The notes: a model not told the origin generated them from the letters alone. Numbered from the stretch's first letter, positions 1-11,610 are shown. The stretch: 64,000 bases of DNA from Octopus sinensis (GCF_006345805.1 NC_043001.1:110298001-110362000), one strand, 5' to 3'. Translations and numbers: made by a program.

Positions 1-899
1 AGCTCTGATCATCAGCTGTCACGTGACAATCATCGCACCACGTATTTACGTTTTCGTTGACTTTTGATGTTGTTCTGTTATATTGCAAGTTTTCTGTAGT
101 ACTTTTAGTATTTAACTCTATCAGCAATATGAGCGAACGCTTGCTTCCCATGTAATTCCCGCATTAATTAAATGAAGACGGAAAAATCTGCAATTTGGGA
201 GAGTTAGTAGAATCTGTAAAATTTTAGACGAAGTGTATGGCGGTATTATGTTAGTTGTGTCTCTTAAGTTCCTAGTTTAATTCCCACCAAAGTCGACATT
301 GATATTCAGCTTCCTGGATTTCATTAGCTACAGTCGTAATCGGTGGCGGACTGGTTCTAAAATTATTGGTTGCCAGGAGACTAAGGGAGCCCACCCGCAA
401 CTACAATGCTATCCTTTAATTCTTGTTCTTGTTAAAAGTATTCGTTTCAACTTTCTACGAACATAGCCAGGCTGAAATAATTAAGGCATTCTTCCAGGAG
501 TGAATAAAAAATTCTCAAAATTCAGGCGACGGACCCCTTAGATACTAACATCCCCATATATGGATTCTAATGGCGCAGGGTCCCTCTTGTTATCAGACCA
601 ACTGGCAACCTGGCCAGTGCACCACTGGTAGTAGTCCATTGTAGTAAATATATAACCATCTATTCCCCCAATACATAGCGTAATGTCAATGGCAAATAGC
701 TAAGCGGTGTTTTTTGTCTGTCTTTAGGTTTGGAGTTCAAATCCGGCCGAGGTAGTCTTTGCGTTTCATCATTTCGAGGCCGATAAAATAAGTACCAGTC
801 GAGTAGTGGAATCAATTAACTCGACTAGGAGAACTGTTAATCTGGTTCATAGAGCTTTATTAAGCAACAGAGTATATTTATCCCAGAGCCTTTTCGCAC

Positions 900-1100
900 C
901 ACCCTAAAAAGTCAAGCCTGTACCCCACTTCAGGAAAACGTGACGCATGTATAGCTGTATAATTCTAACTTCAAGAACCTGAATCTTATCAAGTAAAGAG
1001 CAGCTATGCATACCACCATGATTAAATGCTGAGGAAATGTAATTTCGACCGTAAGATCCAATCCGTCGTCTCTCGCTGTGGAATTCACCAGTATCTATTG
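900..1100 (-). mobile_element. possible decayed CR1/L2-group LINE RT C-terminal fragment
   Basis: Translation FNHGGMHSCSLLDKIQVLEVRII loosely resembles the CR1-type CSHIWGG...LLDRIQ...RLI motif. Short and degenerate. Confidence 0.3.
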
Positions 1101-1419
1101 GCAAGAAAGAGATAAATCACTGAGCATTGGCTGTCACGCAGTACTCCGTATAATTTATCATCGCATGTTGTAGATTGTGGTGTGGTGTGGTGTGGTTCTT
1201 CAAGAAAGAGAAAATTGCGAATAGTCACAGCATAAAAACTACCAAATACTAATGAACAAAATATTGTATGAATTTATTATATCTTGTATTAGACAATCAG
1301 ACCTGTGTTGTTAGATCTTGACTAGACTGGAACAAAAAGAAAAATAAATCATGTAATCAGTGAAGTACGTCTTTTATTCTAAAATGTATTATAATGATTT
1401 GTTTTAATATCATAACATG

Positions 1420-1606
1420 TGACTACTACTACTACTACTACTACAACTACTACCAGTCGTCTTTCCTCCTCCGTTTCCTCCTCTATCTCCTCCTCCTCTC
1501 CTCCTTCTCATCATCGCTTTTCCTCCTCCCATCCTCCTCCTCCACTTACTACTACAACTACTACTACTACTATCAGTCGTCTTCCTCCCCTCCTCCTTCT
1601 CGTACT

Positions 1607-1640
<34 letters not shown>

Positions 1641-1670
1641 GCTACTACTACTACTACTACTTTTTTACTG
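1420..1670. repeat. compound trinucleotide microsatellite (ACT/CCT)n
   Basis: Direct reading; it explains the poly-T, poly-Y and poly-V ORFs. Confidence 0.95.
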
Positions 1671-2044
1671 CAACTTTTTAATTGCCATATGTCATTCAGG
1701 TTCCCGACCTGGAAGTTCAACGAACTTTCATCGCTTAGATATCTTAACTGTCGAATTTTTCGGATTCTTGTAAACCATCATGTCCTTACTGATTAAACAT
1801 CTTTTCCCCCATCCCCCACCCCCGCTAGGTCAAGCCTGACCAAACACACTTATGACTGACAGAAATCGTCCTAGTTATGAGAAACAATTCCTTTTCAAGA
1901 GACTCCATAGTTAGTTTGTAACATCCAACGGAATGGTTAAGACGATGTCATACAAAAAAAAAATCCTGTTATAACTTCACGCTGCTACGTTTTACGTAAC
2001 TAATAAGCAACATTCACGACCCGACCCCCATGGTTCTTTTTATT

Positions 2045-2715
2045 CTTCTTTTATTTTTTGTGTCTTTCAGTCATTTCACTGCGGCCAATGCTGGAGCACC
2101 GCCTTTAGTCGAACAAGTCGACCACCCAAGACTTCTTCTTTGTAAGCCTAGTATTTATTCTATCGTTCACTTCTGCCGAACCGATAAGTAATGGGGACGT
2201 AAACACACCAACACTGGTTGTCGAGCGAGGTTGGGGGCAAACACGGACGCATAAACATATACATACACACATACATGCATACATATATATATATCTGTGT
2301 GAGTAAGTACCTATCCAATATACTGCGGGTAGTGTACCTAATAATCCATACCCAAGTGCTAGTTATTGCGGAGCAATCTCGCAATTGAGTGTTATATATG
2401 GGCGGGGGTAAAGTGGTTTACACTTGAATTATACGGCAAATAAGAAAGTGAAGAGAATACACAATAGAATTTATATCCTCTCCACTTTCTTATTTACCAT
2501 ATATGATATATAATTTCGACTGGCTTCTTTCAGTTTCCGTCTACCAAATCCACTCACAAGGCTTTGGTCGGACCAAGGCTATAATAGAAGACACTTGCAC
2601 CAGGTGTCACATAATGGGACTGAAACCGGAACCATGTGGTTGGTAAGCAAGCTACTTACCCACACAGTCACTCCTGCGCCTGCACAGCCACTTCTACGCC
2701 TGCACAGCCACTCCT
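2045..2715 (-). mobile_element. SINE family S2 (tRNA-derived, internal microsatellite), interrupted at ~2300-2515
   Basis: Both halves match the plus-strand copies at 19564-19965 and 54040-54475. Confidence 0.8.
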
Positions 2716-4236
2716 GTTAAATATCTAATACAACTTCTAAAACATGTCCTCAAATTTGACGTTTCAACAATTATGATTTAACTCTGAAAATATTTCGTCT
2801 TTGTTTTACAGTCTGTAACCAAAACCCATTCAGAAAAAAAAACTTTTCCTTTCATCTTTTCAGGGTCGTTAAAAATAAAATACTAGTTCAAATATTGAGG
2901 ACGATGGTTTCAGATATCACTTTTACCTCAAAACTGCTAAACTTGTGTCTAACTCAGAAGCATTAATTTTTAGTTCGAAATATGGGCTCTGTATAATTCT
3001 TTACAATTAGTCAATGAAGTTTTAGATTATGCACCGTAAAATACCCGTTTGACACCGTCATTCTTTTGAATTTGATCGTTGTACCTCATTCTAAAATGGT
3101 ATTTCGTATATTTTCTTTATCTTGCGTCGTTCCTCTTAGACAATACACTGCAAATTATGTGCAAAATATCTGGAATATTTTCATGGAAATAATTTGAAAC
3201 AACATAACTTCATATGCTTCTTTTAAGATGTTGGTTTAAAATAAAAAATATTTCCACATTTGCTAATCTTCAGTAATCCTCTACCATATAATTCCATTTG
3301 GCAATGACTGTGATCCTTATTTTTGTAGACTCATTTATAGCAGACTTACGGAAAAATCAAATTCTAACAAGCAAAAGCTAAAAAAATATTTCAGATCCAT
3401 TCAGCTTGCAACGCGAAGAAGTGTGATTTTATTAAAAAGAGAAAAAGTCCAATGACTTAATAAAACTTCATCAAATATATATATATATATGCCTTGCGTA
3501 AAATATAACATATGTATATCAGGAAATTCCTCATATACACAACACAGAAAGAGAGTAGAAAACATACTAAAACAACAAAAGACTATAATGGTAAATACCT
3601 ACAAACACGCGCGCACACACACACGTAATAAAAATACCAGCACATTAAATATATCTAAAACGGCTTTCTAAAATGGAAACTACGTTATTATATAAAAAGA
3701 AACTTGCTTCATCAAAGCACAGAAAACATTCTGTCATATTCAGAAATATCTATAGAAATATAAAGAAATGAAATATATGAGAAATTGCAAACATAAATAT
3801 CACAGATTTACAGAAATCTGTCTAAGTTTGATCTGCCTTTATAGAAATAGTGAAAGAAAAATAATTGAACTACGCGAAGCAAAATTACATTACATCTTCA
3901 TAAGTGGTATCATGAGTTGAAAAAGTGTGTCCTTGGCAATGTAAATTGTTTAGACTGGTGCGATTGGTGACCAGTTTGGACATCTAAAGGTGGAAAACTG
4001 CAGGAAAAATCATGAACAAGCAGGAAATTGGAAGTCATCTGATTTCTGGTTGCCAGGTGAACATGGCTAAAACATTAAAAAACAAGCAAACAGGTGTGTC
4101 GAATCATTATGTGTGCGCCGAAAAATCAATTACAAATGTTGTACTGATATTATCGCCATTTTCTGACATATTCAAAGAAAGCTATAGGCGAACACCAAGA
4201 CAAAAAAGATACCAGCTTTGATATATGATAAACAGC

Positions 4237-4998
4237 CTTAGCACACCGGGCGAAATGCGTAGCCGTATTTCGTCTGCTGTTATGTTCCGAGTTCAAGTTC
4301 CGCCGAGGTCAACTTTACCTTACATCCTTTCGGGGTCAATTAAATAAGTACCAGTTACGCACTGGGTCGATATAATCGACTTAATCCGTTTGTCTCCTTT
4401 TTTGTCCTCTCTGTGTTTAGCCCCTTGTGGGTAGTAAAGAAATAGGTATTTCGTCTGCCGTTACGTTCTGAATTCAAATTCCGCCGAGGTCGACTTTGCC
4501 TTTCATTCTTTCGGGGTCGATAAATTAAGTACCAGTTACGCACTGGTGTCGATGTAATCGACTTAATCCGTTTGTCTGTCCTTTTTTGTCCTCTCTGTGT
4601 TTAGCCCCTTGTGGGTAGCAAAAAAATAAGTATTTCGTCTGCCGTTACGTTCTGAATTCAAATTCCGCCGAGGTCGACTTTGTCTTTCATTCTTTCGGGG
4701 TCGATAAATTAAGTACCAGTTACGCACTGGTGTCGATGTAATCGACTTAATCCGTTTGTCTGTCCTTTTTTGTCCTCTCTGTGTTTAGCCCCTTGTGGGT
4801 AGCAAAAAAATAAGTATTTCGTCTGCCGTTACGTTCTGAATTCAAATTCCGCCGAGGTCGACTTTGTCTTTCATTCTTTCGGGGTCGATAAATTAAGTAC
4901 CAGTTACGCACTGGTGTCGATGTAATCGACTTAATCCGTTTGTCTGTCCTTTTTTGTCCTCTCTGTGTTTAGCCCCTTGTGGGTAGTAAAGAAATAGG
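4237..4998 (+). mobile_element. SINE family S1 multimer: one partial head plus four ~184-bp bodies
   Basis: Units start at GTATTT at 4265, 4446, 4630 and 4814. B-box-like GAGTTCAAATTCC is present. Units 2-4 are nearly identical. Confidence 0.9.
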
Positions 4999-6009
4999 CT
5001 TCTATGATTTTAGGAAGACAAGAGCGCCATCAGCATTAAATACACTCTCCAGCATTGTCTTATTTATCCGGTGTCTTGCCGGGTGATCATTTTTTTACAC
5101 TGTTTTTACAATTATCGGTTGAAACATTTGTAATTTCGACATTTGTAATGGCGTCTCTCTTACTTCGATTTCTTCTTTTCCTCATTGCATTTTAAAGACG
5201 TCTCATTAGTTGTCGAGAGGAAGGTTTCGTTTTATCCAAATCCAAAGTGTTAATAGTGGAGGTAAAGTTAAGAAGAAATAATCATTCACAACATTAAAAC
5301 TACCATTTAATTGTCTTGTACTGGATAAGGCGCAATAATTTTACATCTTCGAAAGAGGAAGATGTGGAATATACAACTTCCATGCATTTCTAGCAGTTAA
5401 CTTAGCGTACAAAAATCAAGTTTCATCTTCAGGTATACTTCATCTCGTGTTTTCTGTCTAACCAGTAGATTGAGACTTGCAGCATTCATTCAAAAGCACC
5501 ATTTAATACAGACACACCTTGCAGAATTTCCTAAATTTGATTTTATCAGCGATTCTCAGCATGCATTTTCATTTATCAATATTACTGGAAAGCAATGCCA
5601 CTTCACTCGAGATGGGAATCGAGCGAAAACGGACGAAACAATGTTTGAGTATATAAATCATTTCGTAGTTAATGCTTTGCTTGATCGAGCGACCTTTTTC
5701 GGTAAATATAGATCCTTCCATGCCTGGGATCAATTAGTTTCATGCAAATGATTCTTTGGATTTGTCAAAAGATCACATAGTTTCAAAAACTATAGTGAAT
5801 GATGCTCTATTAGCGAAAGGTGGGTTTTCTGTCACAAATGTGTAACATTCTAAGAAATGAGAAACATAAAGCAAGTGAACAAAAAACATTGTTACTGGGA
5901 AGTTTCGAACATAGAACTCTAGAATAAAACTGCGGGAGGTCGGTTAAGATAATTGTTTTAACAGAGATTTGAAACGACTTTGTGTCCGCGGTATTCTTTG
6001 AGTAATGAA

Positions 6010-6241
6010 GGCGACGAGCTGGCAGAAACGTTAGCACGCCGGGCGAAATGCGTAGCAGTATTTCGTCTGCCGTTACGTTCAGTGTTCAAATTCCGCCGAG
6101 GTCGACTTTGCCTTTCATCCTTTCGGGGTCGATAAATTAAGTACCAGTTACGCACTGGGGTCGATATAATTGTCTTAATCTGTTTGTCTGTCCTTGTTTG
6201 TCCTCTCTGTGTTTGGCCCCTTGTGGGTAGTAAAGAAATAT
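6010..6241 (+). mobile_element. SINE family S1 monomer with 14-bp TSD
   Basis: Full head GGCGACGAGCTGGCAGAAACG; GTATTCTTTGAGTA is duplicated at 5991-6004 and 6242-6255. Confidence 0.9.
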
Positions 6242-6504
6242 GTATTCTTTGAGTATACCGCAATTAGGCTTTGTATTTACGAGTGTGAATTAAAATAAAC
6301 GAAATAGATCCCAATACAATTCAGAAATAAATATCTGAAACAGTTGATGTAAAATTAATATCCTTTTTTTATCTATGGGCACAAGGTCTGAAATGATCTA
6401 TAGTTAATATATTGCTGCTAGTTACTGTTTTCCTCAAATGGAACATAGATGGGGTTACAGATGAGCAGAAGATATTTCTCTGTTACTTGATATCCACTAT
6501 TCGT

Positions 6505-6877
6505 TTCTATTCTAGGTACAAGGCCCGAAATTTGGGGGGAAGGGGCCAGTCGATTCGATTGATCCCAGTACGCAACTGGTACTTAATTTATTGACCCCAA
6601 AAGGATGAAAGGCAAAGTCGACCTCGACGGAATTTGAATTCAGAAAGTAGCGGCAGACGAAATACCTATTTCTTTACTACCCACAATGGACTAAACACAG
6701 AGAGGACAAACGGATTAAGTCGATTATATCGACCCCATTGCGTAACTGGTACTTATTTAATCGACCCCGAAAGGATGAAAGGCAAAGTCGACCTCGGCGG
6801 AATTTGAACTCAGAACGTAACGGCAGACGAAATACCGTTAAGCATTTCGCCCGGCGTTCTAACGTTTCTGCCAGCTC
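6505..6877 (-). mobile_element. SINE family S1 dimer (head-body-tail-body-alternative tail)
   Basis: Reverse complement of the S1 consensus, with the AAATAG|GTATTT junction near 6660. Confidence 0.85.
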
Positions 6878-7839
6878 TTCTTGATATCAGCTATTACAGT
6901 GCCCTCTGTTCCTCGGGGCTTGCTGTTCGCATACATCATTCACTCAGTCACTTTCAGCTCATTTGTTCCTCCGTACACATTTAGTCTAGTGTAATCACTC
7001 CTACCCGGAACATCGAGACTCTAGACACTATTTACAGCGTCGACTTGAAGCCGTTCAAGGCGAACGTTAACCATAGTTCATTGCACTGATCTGGAAAGAC
7101 TCAGCGAAGGCTCTAAGCATAAAGAACTTCTCCAAATCTAATCAAAAGAAAAATATTATGAGTAAATATATTGACGCCAGCCAAGTCGACGTCAGAATAT
7201 CTTGGCTTCGTTCACCCACTTCAAATATAAATGCGTAAATCATAATAATTTGTATTTATTGAATTAACTATAGCACAACTAATAGCATTGTGGTAAATAG
7301 CACAGTTACATTTTAACGGAGATTTTGAAACAAACGCAAATAAACTGTAACAAAATACAAACATTCTATACAAGCACATGTACATATACATATTCCATGT
7401 CGGTGACAGTATCATGTAAGAAGTTAAACATGTGTTGCTGGCTGAACTTAGTTAATTTTATCCTTGAAACACATCTAAATTTCCTAGTGTGTTTTAAAAT
7501 GCTCTTAGTTCCTTCATAATTTAAATATCTGGAGTCTTCGGCGACATGTTATCCACATAAGACTGAAATACATAAAAAGACGTACGAGATTATCTGACGC
7601 AATGTCATAACGAAATCGTATACTTCTTTGGAAAGATTAGGATTAACGTAGTTAATATAGTGAGGAACCGCTATAGTTTAATTAATTAAAATTGCAGCTG
7701 GGGTGAGAAAAGCGGATAATTAGTATACCAATAAATTCTGGTTAAGAAAGGCAAGGGAAACTGTTTACAAAGATTCATTAAAACTGAGGCAATTCAGCGG
7801 GACTTCTGTCTAATCTTGAGAATCTTTTATCTTGTTATC

Positions 7840-8235
7840 ATTTGATTATTTGAATTTTTGGACTGTGGCAACACTGGAGAACCCCCATGAAGGGTGTGGT
7901 CCTAGAATTCGACCCCAGTACTAACATTTGAGGCACGGTGCTTATACTATCGGTATCTCTTCCGCACTTCTAAATTAATGGGACGTAGTCAAATCAACAC
8001 CGTTTATAAGGTTGTGGTTAGGGACAAACACAACCATAAACACCACCCCGAACACACACACATAGAGATGGATACACACACACACGCACACACACACACG
8101 TACATGATGAGCCCCTTTCAGTTTCCATTGACCAAATCCACTCACAAAGATTTATTCGATCCGAGAAAAACACTGGCTGAATCAAAGACCAACTTAGTTA
8201 AAAAGCAAGCTTCTTACCACACATCCATGCGTGCA
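7840..8235 (-). mobile_element. degenerate SINE family S2
   Basis: Contains TTTCAGTTTCC..ACCAAATCCACTCACAA and a CA microsatellite at the S2 position. Confidence 0.6.
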
Positions 8236-8734
8236 CCTAATAGCAAGTTTCGATTTTATTCCACTTGAGTGAAGAATACGTTTTGGTATAACGACAGAGA
8301 GAAGAGTACTTCATAACTATAGTGTTTTCACAAACCTCTACTTTGTCGGTAGGAGTTCCTAGTTTGTATTCTCTACTAGACTAGTGGCCAGCGAAACCGA
8401 CGAAGTTTTGGTGGGAAAACTGGTAGTATTGGTGTCGGTGGTGGCAGTAGTAGTGATAGTAGTAGTAATAATAGTAGTGGTGGTGGTGGTTGTGGTAGTA
8501 GTAGTAATAGTAGTAGTAGTAGTATTGGTGGCGGTGGTGGCAGTAGTAGTGATAGCTAGCCTGTTCTAGACGACCTTCGGATCTTCGGCTCATGGATTAT
8601 ATCCTGAAATCTCTGGCGTAAGTCATAGCGCAGAGATCCTTTATTGGTTGGAGAAATTCCGCCAGGCAAAACTCTTTGGTGCCCTCATTATTCAGGCAAT
8701 GTCCTGCTGATAGAGTCACCAGAGTTTCTACAAA

Positions 8735-8920
8735 AATGCTAAGCAAAATTTCTTTCGGTTCAGTGCTTTCTGAGTTCAAATATTGCCAAGTTCAACTTGA
8801 GATTTCATTGTTTCGTGCTCGGTAAATTAAAGTAAGTGTCAAGTGCCGTGGTTAATATAATCGACGATCCCTCCTCCTCCGAAAGTTGCTGGAATTGTCC
8901 CAAAATTTGAAACCGACGGC
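8735..8920 (+). mobile_element. degenerate S1-related SINE
   Basis: TTCTGAGTTCAAAT B-box region and the CCAAAATTTGAAACC tail. Confidence 0.55.
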
Positions 8921-9554
8921 AGTAATTACAAAACAAAGAGGCAACAACAGCAGTAGCAAGAAGATAACGGAAGGTAACAAGAGCAACGACAGAGAAAGCA
9001 ACGAAAACAGCAGCAGCAGTTGTAGCAGTAGCAGCAATAGCAAAGATAACTACGGCAGCGTATTAAGTGAGAGGGATGTCTTCACAGGCAATATTTTGCC
9101 AGAAGGGCAAAGGGAAATTAAAGCAATGTATCTCATATTCACTAAATTACAAGGTGGCACGCCTGGCACAGGCGTCACAATTATGGAAAGTGAATTGAAG
9201 AAATGCCCAATTTACAATCCCAGCCGAGATTTTGGCAGCAACTGCCAGGAAGACGCAACAAACCCGACGCTTAGAAGCAGCAACGCACACAATGATGGAA
9301 AGAGCACTGAAGAATTATTACCAAATCCCATAAATGGTCACGGGTAATCAACCTCCGAAAGACCGTAATTGATTGGGAATGCTACAAATACAATCGAACG
9401 CTCGCTGTTGGTGTAATTAGGTTTAGAATTCTCTACTGCTACAGCAACAGGAGTGGTAGTAGTAGTGATGGTAGTAGTGGTAGTGGTGGTAGATGCGGTT
9501 CTGGTGGTGGCAGTAGTGCAGGTGGTAAACATCTAGTAATATTTATATGTTACT

Positions 9555-9745
9555 AAGGCGGCGAGCTGGCAGAAAAGTTAGAACGCTGGGCGAAATACTT
9601 AGGGGGTATTTCGTCTGCCTTTACGTTTTGAGTTCAAATTCCGCCGAGGTCGACTTTGCTTTTAATCATTTCGGGGTTGATAAATCAAGTACCATTTGAG
9701 TGCTGGGGTCGATCTAATCGACAGCCCCCTCCCGCCAAAATTCGA
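9555..9745 (+). mobile_element. SINE family S1 (alternative tail)
   Basis: GGCGGCGAGCTGGCAGAA head followed by an S1 body. Confidence 0.85.
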
Positions 9746-9907
9746 AAAATACCTTAGGGATGAGAACCCAGGTTCGAAATTTCGCCAAGACACCTGATGA
9801 ATACTGGAGGGTATATCAGCCGAAATGTTGTGTTAACAACAAACAAGATGTCAGTGAAATATAAATCATGTAAATAATGTACATAATTCCTCATCTCTTA
9901 AATATAG
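9746..9907 (+). mobile_element. Penelope-like terminal repeat, family A
   Basis: Homologous to 16590-16750 (-) and 16925-17079 (+); contains a hammerhead core. Confidence 0.7.
9789..9834 (+). ncRNA. minimal type I hammerhead ribozyme motif (family A, stem II weakened)
   Basis: GACAC-CTGATGA-A-[stem II]-GAAA-T-GTT-GTGTT. Stem I is GACAC/GTGTT. Confidence 0.65.
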
Positions 9908-10151
9908 TAATGGTACTTTAGTATATGTAATAAGACAACGAACTGACAGAATAGTAATAGTAGTAGTAGTAGTGTTGTTGTAGTGGTGTTGGTGGTGGTA
10001 GTTGTAGTAGTAGTAGTAAGGGCAGCATCTTTAACGAAGATGATCTACTAAATATGCCTGCCTGATGTTGAAGTTATTCTTTCGCCAAGATCTAAGTCCA
10101 ATGATAGTTCAGCGTTGACCATCCCGCCTTTAAAACAGACAATACGCGGGT

Positions 10152-10380
10152 GAAGCGGGGTGCTGAAATGTTACTGGCTTTGAGTACGAGAAAATACAGC
10201 AGAAAATACAACAATTAATTATGGTTTTAATCAACATATTCCCCTCTCAGATTCACACACTTGTTGCAGCCAGCGGTCCTTCATTTTTTTCTAATCACGT
10301 AAACGAACTAGGAAGTTCGGGCCTCCAACCAGACCTTTTGCGACACCCTTAAAGCCAGGAACTTTTCAGCGCCCCCTTGT
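10152..10380. mobile_element. mariner-derived MITE (~220 bp)
   Basis: TIR consensus CGAGGGGGTGCTGAAAAGTTCCTGGCTTT; same family as 42408-42624. Confidence 0.75.
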
Positions 10381-10397
10381 GTGTGTATGCATGTATA

Positions 10398-10494
<97 letters not shown>

Positions 10495-10495
<1 letters not shown>

Positions 10496-10670
10496 GGGAG
10501 AATTCACAAAAAAAAAAAACGTGGTGTACAAAAACAGATGTATTAGTATAACGCTCGGGAAGTGTAAAAGTCTTTAACGTTTCGAGCCTACGCTCTTTTG
10601 CAGAAAGGAACACAGAAAGAAACAAGAAAATAAAGAGAGAAAATAGAGAAAATAAAGAATTTGTAGTGGC
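10495..10670 (-). mobile_element. PLE-like repeat family B next to (TA)n, with a hammerhead-like motif at 10572-10607
   Basis: Homologous to 18600-18760 and 26113-26305. Confidence 0.55.
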
Positions 10671-10677
10671 TATGCCT

Positions 10678-11040
10678 CGTAGGCGGTACTGATAAGTTCC
10701 AGGCTTTGGGAACAGAAAATACAAGAGGATCAGTTTATTATAATTACTCAACAAGAACTCAATACTTGAATGGACCATGATACCACAAAACTTGATTTAA
10801 AAAGGATTTAGATAATCCTATCAGCTGGTGCTATGAAGTTAGACATGGCCTAGACCAATCTTTGGTCGAGACATATCTAAGTTTATCTAATTTAATGTAA
10901 GTTTATTCCCCTCTCAGCTTTGCACATTATTGCAGTGGTCCTTCAGTTTTTCTGAGCCCTGTAAAAGAACTCGGAATATTGAGCCTCCAACAAGGCTTTT
11001 CTTATACCCTTAAAGCCAGGAACTTTTTAGCATCCCCCAT
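10678..11040. mobile_element. mariner-derived MITE with a ~150-bp internal insertion
   Basis: Same TIRs; extra sequence at ~10752-10905 splits the conserved CAACA|ATTCCCCTCTCAG. Confidence 0.7.
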
Positions 11041-11076
11041 ATATACATATATCGATATCTCTATCTATCTATGTAT

Positions 11077-11220
11077 CCTTTTTTTTCCCGATCCCTTTTG
11101 ATCGGAAATTTTAATTTTTCTTTCTCATTTTTCCCCTTTTCTTTTACATTTTCGAGAAGAAAAGCTCTACGTTTGTATTTGTCCCCTCTGCGTCCAGCCC
11201 TGAGTGGCCAATAAAGAAAC
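11077..11220 (+). mobile_element. L1/Tx1-type LINE 3' UTR fragment flanked by TATC repeats
   Basis: Matches the 3' ends at 30460-30594 and 62990-63096 (GATCCCTTTTGATCG...CAGCCCTG.GTGG..AATAAAGAAAC). Confidence 0.75.
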
Positions 11221-11222
11221 TC

Positions 11223-11300
<78 letters not shown>

Positions 11301-11383
11301 ACGCACACACACATATATATATACATTTACATTTAGGTATGTATATAGATGTGTGTGTGTGTGCATGTATATATATATATACA

Positions 11384-11610
11384 CGAGGGGGAATGCTGAA
11401 AAAATTCCTGGCTTTGGATAAAAAGAAACACAAGAGGATAAGTAAATAATGATTTCATTCAGCATAATATTCCCCTCCCAGATTCACACACTTATTGCAA
11501 CCAGCGGTCCTTCAGTTTTTCTAAGCCTTGTAAAAGAACTCGGAAGGCTAAGCATCCAACCAGGCCTTTCGCAACACCCTTAAAGCCAGGAAAATTTCAG
11601 CATCGCCTCG
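11384..11610. mobile_element. mariner-derived MITE
   Basis: Both TIRs present. Confidence 0.75.

Noticed and set aside
5470-5751. 93-aa ORF in non-repetitive sequence
   Set aside because: No motif or clear splice signals; ORFs of this length are expected by chance in 64 kb.
8886-9347. 153-aa ORF (MLELSQNLKP...)
   Set aside because: It starts in a degenerate SINE tail, crosses an AAC/AGC repeat and ends in sequence that looks like decayed LINE in other frames. No recognisable domain.
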